Virus record (IMG/VR): IMGVR_UViG_3300009157_000021
Span: 4,302-68,301 of that record
Reading direction: 5' to 3' (one strand)
Length of the DNA stretch: 64,000 bases
From: a virus
A program made the translations under genes and the position numbers. Within the stretch, counting starts at the first letter, position 1. The number at the start of each line of letters is the position of its first letter. Below the pieces are notes generated by a model that saw nothing but the letters and a program-made list of their open reading frames with translations, searched no databases and was not told the origin of the DNA. Shown here piece after piece: positions 19,809 through 29,399 of the stretch.

Positions 19809-21053
19809 CTAACCAAGGTCCTTTTTATGGACTTCAAGCACGACCCTTAGTTCCGTGCGTGCGTCTTTCTCAATAGCCGGGAAGGTTGACCCGACCACCA
19901 GTACGTCCGGTGCACCGGGGATGTAGAGACCGACCTCCGTGATCCCAGCCTGGACAACCGCCTTCGGGACGACGAACTCGAACGTGATTATATCGTCTGA
20001 TATCGTGATATCGGAGGTGTCGATTACACCACTCACCACCGGGCTGACGACATCCCAACTCGGCTCGGTGATGTCGCCAACACCGGTTCCAATCGTCCAT
20101 TTGGTAATCGATTGGAGGAACGAGGTCTCCGACTCATCGAGAATCGCCCCATCATCGGTATTCCACATCTCATAACTCGTCGTTTCATCGAGGTACTTAG
20201 TGCTGTACTCCCAATCCCCCGTTACCCTGCACAGAATATTGCCATCGACCTCGACTGTATGACCGAATTCATCGGTCTTCGGATTTAGCAGAAGTATATA
20301 GTGCGGCACAGTATGGGCTGGTCGCATCTCCTCCACTTTTCTATACAGTTGATCGAGGTAATCTGAGGCCCAAAGGAACGGTGAACCACCACTAATGCCA
20401 CCGGACCCACCAGTATACACCCGATTAAGCAGAACCTCAACGCCAAAGTGTGGCGTCTTATAGTACGACGCGTCAAGACCAGGAGGGTTTTCACCCTCAT
20501 TGCCGGAGAACCAATCAACGAGCACGAAGCTGCTGTAGTCGTCCGACCACATATCGTATATATTCACCGTGAACCGCTGGATCATTGATATAATCTGGAC
20601 GGCCCTGTAGGTGCCCTTGACCTTGTACCAATCTATAGCCAACGAGATGTTCTTCCTCATCTCATCGACCGTAACATCGTCCTCCGGGGGGAACTCAACA
20701 CCGATCATGGCACCAAGATATCTGAGGTACTTAGTGTCACTGGTCGTGCTGGTGTTAAGGAGCTTTACTATGTCACTGACCTGCGTCAACCAGTTGCAAA
20801 ACTGTACGCCAACCTCCCTAAGGTAATCGACCAGGATCTGGGACGACCTAAACTTCTCCGGCATCCACTGCAATAAGTCGATACCACAACCGCCGAGAAA
20901 CGACATAAGTATATCAAACTCGCCGGTCAAATCATCATCGGTCAATGGCCTCGATACGGACCGTTCATCAATCACCATATCGAACTGGCCATCAAGAACA
21001 GCCACTTCCTCGGCGTCGGAGTAAAGCCCATCGTCGCTATACCAGGTTGCCAT
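19809..21053 (-). CDS. Baseplate wedge protein (P2 gpI / T4 gp7-like)
   Basis: YL.YLGAMIG...WYKVKGT...MRPAHT motifs; synteny. Confidence 0.75.
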   Translation of the reverse strand: MATWYSDDGLYSDAEEVAVLDGQFDMVIDERSVSRPLTDDDLTGEFDILMSFLGGCGIDLLQWMPEKFRSSQILVDYLREVGVQFCNWLTQVSDIVKLLNTSTTSDTKYLRYLGAMIGVEFPPEDDVTVDEMRKNISLAIDWYKVKGTYRAVQIISMIQRFTVNIYDMWSDDYSSFVLVDWFSGNEGENPPGLDASYYKTPHFGVEVLLNRVYTGGSGGISGGSPFLWASDYLDQLYRKVEEMRPAHTVPHYILLLNPKTDEFGHTVEVDGNILCRVTGDWEYSTKYLDETTSYEMWNTDDGAILDESETSFLQSITKWTIGTGVGDITEPSWDVVSPVVSGVIDTSDITISDDIITFEFVVPKAVVQAGITEVGLYIPGAPDVLVVGSTFPAIEKDARTELRVVLEVHKKDLG

Positions 21054-21055
21054 CG

Positions 21056-22726
21056 TTACGCCTCATGACTAAGGTCTGATGGTATATTGAACAGTCTGGT
21101 CACGAAGTGTGAAACCGAATCTACGAACTTGGTAAGCGTCCCACTACCGTCACCAGCCCCCGGTCTTGAGTAGCTATATAAACCACTTAGAAACTCAAAA
21201 CTAGTACCATTATAGTGGTATCCACCGCAGAAATAAACGGTACTATTTTGTTTCGCCATTCCGGCCCCGGTTATACCACCCGCGTCAACGAGAAACGATG
21301 GTCTTGAGGTTGACCATTTATTAAGGTCAACGTCGTACAGCAATTCCGTATCCAGAAAATCCGTCAGGTCGACCCTGACCCCACCAAGGGTGTACACCAC
21401 GCCATCAACCTCCTCCGCCTCGTGATAAGTTCTCGCAACCGGTACAGACGACAATGCAGACCAATTATCATCGACGGATCTATACTTAAGGACACTTGTT
21501 ATTGCCCTTATGTCCCCTGGATACCCGCCCATGTCATCAGTTCCACTTATTATCAACGCCATACCATTGTTGTTGATGGTGACAGAACCATCACCCAGCG
21601 CCCTTGGTGTCAGCCAATCAATCTGGGCCCAACTATCATTGGACGGATCATACACCTGTATATATGGTATCAGGTTATGTCCTGGATTCGTTAGACCACC
21701 AAATACGTATATCTTTTCATCCATCACCACAGCGTACGCATCCTCGAAAGCAATCGGCGCTGGCGTTTTCTCGGCCCAAACATCGGTATCCGGATCATAC
21801 TCGTAGCAGTTGTCGTATTTCAGGCCGAGGTCACTCCGGTATCCACCTATCAAATACAACTTCCCGTTGACCGATCTTACCACCGGGCTCTGAACCTCGT
21901 GTGGTGCGTCCGCCACGGATTCCCAGGAATCGGAATCGGGGTCGTACGCGTACGTGGTTTTTGAATGAACCGACCCGGTAGTGAGACCACAGACCGCGTA
22001 CAACAGTCCGCCACAACTCTCAAAGCCAAACTGATTCTTTGCCTCCGGACATGGACTAAGTTCACTCCATTCCGGCATTCCGCCCCTGAGGTAGAGCCTA
22101 TCGTGTGTATTCAGGTTCTCTACCAGACCATCAACTGTGGCGGTACCAGTACCACGATTGGAGGTCGCGAATAGGTACCTAAAATCCAACTGATAACCAA
22201 CACCACAGTCCCTGGTTAAGGTATCAATCAAAGTACCGCCGGATGCATAATAATTCCCGGTTGCAATGTACACAGTGTATCTACCGGTCCCATTGACGCC
22301 ACCATCATCATCCCGAATAATGGTCAAGTAATACTTGGTTGACCAAGCCAGCGTAACGGAGAAGTCCTGGTTAACAACCGAACCGGCTTCCACCAACCTT
22401 AGAAAGATCAACGGAAGGCCACCGGCGGATCTGTTGAAAAAGCACGCCTGATAGTTCTCACCGGATGATTCAATCAATGATGGCCTCTTCGAAGTCGTGT
22501 TCGTCATCATCCAAAAGTACAGAAAACTACTGATATCAGCCTCGGCCAACGGTGGAGTAGTGAATTGGACCTCGTGAACAAGGTCGCCTGAGAAATAATT
22601 AACACCGAAATCATAATAAACCACCGCATCGGTGCTACCAGCCATCTCATTAATGGTAATAGCACTAGCCGCCACGGCTATCCTACCGCCTACATCACTC
22701 TCCGTATAAGTAGTAAAATTCTCCAT
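21056..22726 (-). CDS. Kelch-repeat beta-propeller protein with N-terminal beta-sandwich domain
   Basis: Repeats LYLIGG...YDPDTDVW, IYVFGG...YDPSNDSW, VYTLGG...YDVDLNKW, VYFCGG. Confidence 0.85.
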   Translation of the reverse strand: MENFTTYTESDVGGRIAVAASAITINEMAGSTDAVVYYDFGVNYFSGDLVHEVQFTTPPLAEADISSFLYFWMMTNTTSKRPSLIESSGENYQACFFNRSAGGLPLIFLRLVEAGSVVNQDFSVTLAWSTKYYLTIIRDDDGGVNGTGRYTVYIATGNYYASGGTLIDTLTRDCGVGYQLDFRYLFATSNRGTGTATVDGLVENLNTHDRLYLRGGMPEWSELSPCPEAKNQFGFESCGGLLYAVCGLTTGSVHSKTTYAYDPDSDSWESVADAPHEVQSPVVRSVNGKLYLIGGYRSDLGLKYDNCYEYDPDTDVWAEKTPAPIAFEDAYAVVMDEKIYVFGGLTNPGHNLIPYIQVYDPSNDSWAQIDWLTPRALGDGSVTINNNGMALIISGTDDMGGYPGDIRAITSVLKYRSVDDNWSALSSVPVARTYHEAEEVDGVVYTLGGVRVDLTDFLDTELLYDVDLNKWSTSRPSFLVDAGGITGAGMAKQNSTVYFCGGYHYNGTSFEFLSGLYSYSRPGAGDGSGTLTKFVDSVSHFVTRLFNIPSDLSHEA

Positions 22727-22736
22727 TGTCTACGGC

Positions 22737-23132
22737 CTACAAGGATACAACCAGGTCATTGGGATCAAACTGAACTACGTCGTATATCGAAACTGTGAAC
22801 GGTGCTACCACGCCGTATGCCAACATGTTGCCAGCAGTTTCGTCATCGAATATTGCGAAATACAGTATTTCGCCCCAATTGGAAAGGGCCCTTGGGAACC
22901 TGATCATAGCCGAATTGTGAATCTCGAACGACGAAACATCGTTCCAATCCGAAGAAGCGGTACCAATCCTACCATAACCACCGCCTGATGGTTCAGTTAT
23001 GCCAAGACCGGTTCCAAGTGGATCGGTAAGTGACAGGGCCACCCAATAGAGGGACGGTGCAGCGTACACCTCTTTCCCGAATCCATGACTGAGAACCTTA
23101 TTTCGCCAATAATTGGACAGGCCAGCCATCAC
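22737..23132 (-). CDS. Small baseplate/fibre-associated structural protein
   Basis: EPSGGGY.R...FP.A...WG...FAIFD..TAGNML, a common phage tail motif. Confidence 0.7.
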   Translation of the reverse strand: MMAGLSNYWRNKVLSHGFGKEVYAAPSLYWVALSLTDPLGTGLGITEPSGGGYGRIGTASSDWNDVSSFEIHNSAMIRFPRALSNWGEILYFAIFDDETAGNMLAYGVVAPFTVSIYDVVQFDPNDLVVSL

Positions 23133-23629
23133 TTCACCTTTGCCTTCAACTGAACAATCATCGAATCACCGTTTATGATCGTCCGCTGTACACTCGTTGC
23201 CACAACACCGATCAGGACACCGGTATTATCACTGGACGTGCCGAGAAATCCACCATCAACCGGGCCGATTGAACCGCCTGATGCGGTTATGGTTATTTCC
23301 TTTGATACCGCCCGCCAATCCCCGTCGTCGTCTACCTCCATGGTCGGGAACCCGATATTTGACCGTTCTATTACCATTCTCAAATACCCATTACCAGACG
23401 GTTCTCCTGGAATCGTAGACAAGGCCGTCGCCTTCGAAATCGACCCACGATACAGACCGATGTAAAAGTTGGTAAACGGGAAGTATTGGGCATCGTTAGC
23501 CCGCATGAACACGTCAGTAATCGCCCTGTTTCCCTCGGTGACCAGAAAGTTGTTAACTCTCTCCTGCCATATAACCACACCATTCCTAACGTGTCTGAAA
23601 CCCCAATTACAACTCCAACTCAATCTCAT
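23129..23629 (-). CDS. Small baseplate/fibre-associated structural protein
   Basis: NFLV.EG...YIGL...EPSGNGY.R; related to 22737..23132. Confidence 0.65.
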   Translation of the reverse strand: MRLSWSCNWGFRHVRNGVVIWQERVNNFLVTEGNRAITDVFMRANDAQYFPFTNFYIGLYRGSISKATALSTIPGEPSGNGYLRMVIERSNIGFPTMEVDDDGDWRAVSKEITITASGGSIGPVDGGFLGTSSDNTGVLIGVVATSVQRTIINGDSMIVQLKAKVK

Positions 23630-23638
23630 TTTGGTCCC

Positions 23639-25360
23639 CTATTCTATTGAAACCGACGTGAAATCAACGTCATAAAGCCTGGCAACCTGCCTCATGGTAG
23701 TTGTTATATTTCCATCGTCATCCTGTTGATATCTAACCACCGCATCTGAGGTGGGGGATGGGGAAATATCAACCAATAGGACCCCGGTCGAATAATCAAT
23801 GGATCCGGAGATAGTGTACACGCCAGCGCTTGTGAAACTGCCTGTTCCATCGCCGTTGTCGGAATCGGACGTTACATACACCCCATCAATGAATAGTCGT
23901 ACCGATTCCGGCTTAATATCCACGACCCCCAAAGCGGCACCGTAATCGTAGAAGGAGTCATAAGTGGAACTCAACTCATTCCTGATTTCAAGGGTCATGT
24001 TCGCGTATGAGACACCATCAACGGCCGTTATGGCCCCAAGGATGTCACTGTACTTAACTATCTCACCCAACTTAGTGGTCGATCCAAGAGTGAACTGATC
24101 GGACACGGCGGATTCCACCAGAGTCCTGGTGTTTGACAGCGAATGACCGTTTTGAACCTTCATCGATACGACCGGGATCACGTATACAACATCTGGGTCT
24201 ATGAATTCGTATCTGACGGTCATCTCAGCATAGTTATGATACAGGTATTCCGACAGGGTATTCTTAAACGAATCGTCGGGTTCTAGCCATTCCTGCAGGA
24301 CCACACATATTCTAACAATGCCCCTCATGGAGACCAGCGAACTGACACCAAGGAGTGCCGCTTCCTCCGTTTCTCCCCAGACGTTAGCGTTTGCGACCCC
24401 AGGATAGTTATCAAGGATCGTTATGAAATCATCCCTTGTCACAGCCCTCTGACCGGTTCGGAAAACTCTTGGCGCTTCGTATCTGATCTCTTCTATCCCC
24501 TCTTCGTCATCGCCACCAAGAAACGACCCAGAATTCGTTACCGTAACCGTTATTGCCTCTGCATCCTCGTCATACACGACATCATTGACCGTGGTCACTT
24601 GACCGGCGTTGGCAACATTCCCACTAAGACCATCCGATTCAACATAACTGATGCTTATGAACGCACCGTTTATGGGAACAGACCCATTAACACCATCCCC
24701 GAATTTAATCGTAACGGTGCCGTCGGGATTATTTCTTACCGTGTATTCGGGGGAGGTGGATGTACTGTAAATGAACGAATCCACCTTAGTCCATTCAACA
24801 GAGTCTATCAGCACCCTCAATGTGGGGTTGGTGGAATCAGCGCTATTCTCTACCTTGGTGGAGTTTATTGTGTACTCCTGATTGATAGCACCATTGGCGG
24901 ACACCTCCATCCGAACCAGATGGCCCTGTATCGAACTAACAACCACGGAAGTTTGGCCCTTTTCTATGGTCGCTTCCTCATTCGTGATGTACTTGATACC
25001 ACTCGTAGATTGACACTCGGTATACTTTGGAATGAATACTATCTTATCATTTACACCGCCAATGCTGAAAGTGAGACTTCCTACCGCTGAGGACTTCCTC
25101 TTCGGCTGGTAATTCAGAACCGCAACTATGTTCTTTACGCTCGACAGCAGCCTGGCGGTGGGCAGGAACGATTCCGTGGCCCGGCGCTCGGTATAGTACA
25201 AGCCCATGTTCAACGCGTACGCGATAAGCTCAATCAGCGTCTCACCGGTTCCCGATCTGTAGGTATCCTTCCACGAATCCGATAGCTTGATGCGGTCCTG
25301 AAACTGCCGGACCAGGTCGTTGAAGTCATAGTTGGCATAATTCAGAACCGGCGTGCTCAT
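23639..25360 (-). CDS. Baseplate wedge subunit (T4 gp6 / J-like)
   Basis: YDF, ESFLPTAR, YQPK, FGDGVNG, GG.DEE.IEEIR..AP...QRAVT.DD. Confidence 0.9.
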   Translation of the reverse strand: MSTPVLNYANYDFNDLVRQFQDRIKLSDSWKDTYRSGTGETLIELIAYALNMGLYYTERRATESFLPTARLLSSVKNIVAVLNYQPKRKSSAVGSLTFSIGGVNDKIVFIPKYTECQSTSGIKYITNEEATIEKGQTSVVVSSIQGHLVRMEVSANGAINQEYTINSTKVENSADSTNPTLRVLIDSVEWTKVDSFIYSTSTSPEYTVRNNPDGTVTIKFGDGVNGSVPINGAFISISYVESDGLSGNVANAGQVTTVNDVVYDEDAEAITVTVTNSGSFLGGDDEEGIEEIRYEAPRVFRTGQRAVTRDDFITILDNYPGVANANVWGETEEAALLGVSSLVSMRGIVRICVVLQEWLEPDDSFKNTLSEYLYHNYAEMTVRYEFIDPDVVYVIPVVSMKVQNGHSLSNTRTLVESAVSDQFTLGSTTKLGEIVKYSDILGAITAVDGVSYANMTLEIRNELSSTYDSFYDYGAALGVVDIKPESVRLFIDGVYVTSDSDNGDGTGSFTSAGVYTISGSIDYSTGVLLVDISPSPTSDAVVRYQQDDDGNITTTMRQVARLYDVDFTSVSIE

Positions 25361-25752
25361 GTGATCTCACCCCTGATATGGGCCACGTACTTATATATCT
25401 TTGGCTGGCCAGCAATGGCAAACAGAACTACAACCGACACCGTATTCAGGTCCGGCTCCTGTAGAAGGGAGACCTCCACAATTTCTACGCGGTCGTCCCA
25501 CAGCTCGATAGAGCTCTTAATCTGACGGGACAAGTGGGTTAAAAGGGCCGAGTTCATATTCTCGAACAACATCGCCCGCAGCGAACAACCGAACTGCGGC
25601 AGCATCACCCTTTCACCCGGCGATGTGCGAAGTATGTTATCAATCGATGTCATCACCGAATCTACATTTACGGCCTTACGAACCTGACCGAGATCGTCCC
25701 GTTCAAGTCTACCGTCAAGATCCGACCAGACTTCACCAACCGATGTGGCCAT
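25357..25752 (-). CDS. Baseplate sheath initiator (gp25/GPW family)
   Basis: SI.NIL.T.PGERVMLPQFG...WDDRV. Confidence 0.92.
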   Translation of the reverse strand: MATSVGEVWSDLDGRLERDDLGQVRKAVNVDSVMTSIDNILRTSPGERVMLPQFGCSLRAMLFENMNSALLTHLSRQIKSSIELWDDRVEIVEVSLLQEPDLNTVSVVVLFAIAGQPKIYKYVAHIRGEIT

Positions 25753-25831
25753 ATATTACAAAGCAGCTAAGGCTTTCTCCTCCCGTCCATAAAAAGAACC
25801 AACGATGGTCGATGTGGCCAATGACGTACCA

Positions 25832-26356
25832 TCAATTGAAATGAAGAATGACCATGGCAAGGACATTCGTTCCGGCATCCACCGACTCAAGACAGTGACC
25901 GATTTCACGGAAGTGCTCCGAGACAACCAGTGCACCGACACCATCCGGTGCGGTAGTCGCCTGAGCACGTCCGTCTGTATCGGCAGCCTTGACCCAGTAA
26001 CCACGAACCCCGGCGGTCTCGTCCTTCAAAAGGACCTCCGCCACTCCGGCCACAACCACGAAACACAGACCACCATCCGCAACCCCACCCTCGTACACAA
26101 CACCAATGGCATCAAACTCGTTTGATTGAAGGATGAAGGCACCATCAACCTCCGTGCTGGGACTTACGACCGAACCCTTCACGCTCGGGGAGCCACTCTT
26201 ATTGATCAGGGCCACCGCGATGCCGCCTATTGGGGTGAGTGCCACCGTATTATTCTTGGAGACGGACGTGACGAGGCCGTGGGACACCGACGCACCGGTA
26301 ACGATTCCAGGATTAACATCGTTCAGGCCGATGTTTATCAGATTCTCATTCACCAT
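25832..26356 (-). CDS. Putative virion structural protein
   Basis: Gly/Val-rich beta protein between spike and gp25. Confidence 0.55.
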   Translation of the reverse strand: MVNENLINIGLNDVNPGIVTGASVSHGLVTSVSKNNTVALTPIGGIAVALINKSGSPSVKGSVVSPSTEVDGAFILQSNEFDAIGVVYEGGVADGGLCFVVVAGVAEVLLKDETAGVRGYWVKAADTDGRAQATTAPDGVGALVVSEHFREIGHCLESVDAGTNVLAMVILHFN

Positions 26357-26363
26357 CCTGCAC

Positions 26364-27005
26364 CTACAAAATCTGAATGATCAACCCACCCTGAACGACG
26401 ACATTCTTGTCATCCTTGGTCGTGAACGAACCGCTAACACCCGGCACCCCACCAATACTGAACGGATCGGTCGACTGGACCTTCCCATCAGCCTTTATGT
26501 CGCCATTTGCCGTAAGATCACCAGTCGCGGTGACCTCGTCAGCCGATATCGTCACATTTCCACCCGAATCCATCTCAGCGTACTTGCCAGTTGGGTGGGT
26601 GATCCTTATCTTTCGATCGGTGTTATCAAGGTACACGACTATCCCGGACTTAGTCTTCACAACTAGTCTGTTCGGATAGTTGGTGATCCTATCCGACGGC
26701 AGGCCATGAACTTCATCCGGCGCTGACCCAATAACAATTGGCTGGTAAACATCACCGCCCTCGAACATCACGAAGACATTCGAACCAACCTCTGGCACCG
26801 AGAATACCCCGAACCCGTTACCGGCACCGGGGCCAATCGGTTGCATCGGCACCGCCCACGGCAAGTCCGCGGCGGCAATCGATTCAAAGACCCCAAACAC
26901 GTTAACCTTCACCCTACCGAGCTTTGACGGATCGTTATTATCCAGAACCGTCGCCCGATAAATGCCACCGTAGTTGAAGTCCTCTTTCTGTAGGTCCACG
27001 TTCAT
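26364..27005 (-). CDS. Baseplate central spike (gp5/gpV OB-fold, no lysozyme domain)
   Basis: DNNDP.KLGRVKV, LPWA.P, PEVGS.V.V.FEGGD..QP; ATG 27005 overlaps the hub stop. Confidence 0.9.
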   Translation of the reverse strand: MNVDLQKEDFNYGGIYRATVLDNNDPSKLGRVKVNVFGVFESIAAADLPWAVPMQPIGPGAGNGFGVFSVPEVGSNVFVMFEGGDVYQPIVIGSAPDEVHGLPSDRITNYPNRLVVKTKSGIVVYLDNTDRKIRITHPTGKYAEMDSGGNVTISADEVTATGDLTANGDIKADGKVQSTDPFSIGGVPGVSGSFTTKDDKNVVVQGGLIIQIL

Positions 27006-28177
27006 CTTCGTTTCAGGTTCTCTGCTCTCATCAAAGTAGTTTCGAAGTCGGTGTCGATGCCGTTTCTGGTCAGTAGGATGTTCGTCATGTAGCTCGGACC
27101 GAGCAGATGCACGACCCTTGATACCATCCAATACCCAGACAGGTGATAGAGGAACAGTTGACCGCGAGCCAGGGCCTCACCGAACAGCAGACGGACCACG
27201 TCGCCGGGACTCACACTTTCCAGCCCCCACGTACTGATCCAGATGTTGACGAAGTTGTTCACCCGCTTGTGATAGCTCGAAGAGATCCTACCGGCGAAGT
27301 CCGACGTGAAATCGTTACTCCGGCCGAGACCCGTCATAAACACGCTGTTGTTGGTGTTGTCGTCGTCGATCAGCGTACGCTCGCCGAGCGCCGGGCAGTC
27401 CGCCGCACTGAAGCTCGGCGTGACAAAAGCACCGGTTGCGTAGTTGAAGTAGCCGTAATCCTGAGTCTTGGCACCAAGATCGACAAGCAGTTGCGAATTG
27501 TCGAAGACCCGGTAATCAACGACCGGATAGAGATCCTTGTACGGCTTCGGTGACACCACAAACCCGTACTGCACGGCACCGGACAGCAACTCATCAAGAC
27601 TCTTGACCACCAGTGTCTGGTTTCCATCGACGTTCTTCACGAAACAATGATACCCGGTCTCGTCGTCGCGGCCGATCAGATTGTCGGCCATCCAGTTCAA
27701 CAGCTTCGCATCGGTCCATCTCGGTTGTAGGATCGTCTTTCGATAATCGAGAGATGCGGCAATGTCCGTGTTCGTGATCTGCAGATCATCATTGGCTATG
27801 GTCTCAAGGCTCGTCCTGATGCTGCCGGTCAGGGCTCGCTGATAGACGGTGGTCAGCATGTTCGGCACATCGAGCACGCCCTCGATCACGATGCCGCGGT
27901 CGGCGTCCGGCTTGCGTCTCTTGACAGCCATCTTGAACGTGTTGAACTTCTTCGGGTTGTCACTTCTGGCGAACTGTAGCTCAACCACGTTCAGCGTCTT
28001 GTCGTACGGTGCAATCTCGCCAAGAATGCCGGTCGCATCCTTCATCGCGATCTTGAACGTCGGTAACAGACGGTCTATGTCAAGGGTCACTGATATACTC
28101 TGTATCATCTGCGGTGAGACCGGCATTTCGATGTCACCGAATTTGAGACCAAGAGCATAGTTGCCGATGACGAGCAT
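27002..28177 (-). CDS. Baseplate hub (gp27 / late control D-like)
   Basis: Synteny; C-terminal PGD.V...SGYWMV..V.H. Confidence 0.75.
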   Translation of the reverse strand: MLVIGNYALGLKFGDIEMPVSPQMIQSISVTLDIDRLLPTFKIAMKDATGILGEIAPYDKTLNVVELQFARSDNPKKFNTFKMAVKRRKPDADRGIVIEGVLDVPNMLTTVYQRALTGSIRTSLETIANDDLQITNTDIAASLDYRKTILQPRWTDAKLLNWMADNLIGRDDETGYHCFVKNVDGNQTLVVKSLDELLSGAVQYGFVVSPKPYKDLYPVVDYRVFDNSQLLVDLGAKTQDYGYFNYATGAFVTPSFSAADCPALGERTLIDDDNTNNSVFMTGLGRSNDFTSDFAGRISSSYHKRVNNFVNIWISTWGLESVSPGDVVRLLFGEALARGQLFLYHLSGYWMVSRVVHLLGPSYMTNILLTRNGIDTDFETTLMRAENLKRR

Positions 28178-28482
28178 TACACGATCCTATACTTCTTAGC
28201 GAAGTCGTAGATATCGATCCGATTGGGCACCATGAGGAGCATACCCTCCTCCAGGTTGGTGAACGGATTCTCGATGTCGTTGAGGAACATCAGTAACCAC
28301 CAGAAATCAACGACACCGTAGCACTTGTAACTGATAAGCCACGGTCTCATGAAATCGGCCGCTGTCACCCGATAGTACAACGGCTTGTAGTTCATGGGGA
28401 ACGTCGATAGCGGATTTCGCAAGAAATCCCGCTCCTCGACACCATCAACCGTCACCTTCTCGAAGAAGTCGGTCCGGTTCAT
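28177..28482 (-). CDS. Baseplate wedge protein (gp53 / LysM-like)
   Basis: RP.LISYK.YG..D.WW..M.LN.I.NPF. Confidence 0.85.
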   Translation of the reverse strand: MNRTDFFEKVTVDGVEERDFLRNPLSTFPMNYKPLYYRVTAADFMRPWLISYKCYGVVDFWWLLMFLNDIENPFTNLEEGMLLMVPNRIDIYDFAKKYRIV

Positions 28483-29399
28483 ACCCTACCCGCCATTATG
28501 TTCTTGGTGTACATCCTTGCTAGCTCCTCGGTAGTGATCATTTCATACGTCTCGAACTGAATATCGACCACCGCACTTACCGGATCACCCTCCCTAGTCA
28601 TCATGACCGGGATCTCCTCGGAGACTCTACTGACAATCACGTTGTAAAAGGTCAAGAAGCGACCGATCTCAATAATAATAACATCACCACCCTGCAGACC
28701 CTCTCTGATCTCGTTTTCCTTCGTTCTCTGATTAGTGCTCGCCTCGCCAAGGTCGAGGATACCGTCAACCGTAAACGGCGTCGGCCCGGGCGGGGAGACC
28801 AGTGGCACCGTACTCAGGAACTTGTTCGCGTTTGCCGCGGCACCGGAGATGTCGAAGCTGAACAGGTCCTTGGCCGCGTCCAACAAATGGCCAACATCCG
28901 CACCCTTGCCGTTGTTCTTCGGCTCGCTCGGCAGAGCAATCGCTTGCAACAGACGCACCGGTTCGACGACCTCTCTCACAGCATTGTTGATGGCCTGGAA
29001 CTTCATCTTGAGGTTCAGTCGGATTGGTGACGAGCCTTGCCAGATACGACGGCTAGATGCACGCGTAATCAACGACGTTTTACCTCGGGTCATAGCCTGG
29101 GCAATAATGTTGCCCTCATTCAGAATCGACGACGGAATGAACGGATCCCAACGGGACTCGACCTCCATACGGATCGGTTCTTGCATTGGAGAAACGATCG
29201 AGCACCGATTTCGAATGCTCGTCACCGTAATTAGGTATTCCTGGGGAATCGGCCTGCCGTCCGGCATCACGTAGCCAACCAGATTCCACTGACCACCACT
29301 ATTCTTCTCGGTGGTCATCTGCGACCGCACGAATGTGGTCTGGTGAACCGGCTCCTTCTGACCAACATCGGTTACGCTCTTCGGAACCAGCGACATCAC
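28479..29399 (-). CDS. Putative tail tube initiator (gp48/gp54-like)
   Basis: Between tape measure and gp53-like gene; W.GS.P...GDPVSA.V. Confidence 0.6.
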   Translation of the reverse strand: MMSLVPKSVTDVGQKEPVHQTTFVRSQMTTEKNSGGQWNLVGYVMPDGRPIPQEYLITVTSIRNRCSIVSPMQEPIRMEVESRWDPFIPSSILNEGNIIAQAMTRGKTSLITRASSRRIWQGSSPIRLNLKMKFQAINNAVREVVEPVRLLQAIALPSEPKNNGKGADVGHLLDAAKDLFSFDISGAAANANKFLSTVPLVSPPGPTPFTVDGILDLGEASTNQRTKENEIREGLQGGDVIIIEIGRFLTFYNVIVSRVSEEIPVMMTREGDPVSAVVDIQFETYEMITTEELARMYTKNIMAGRV

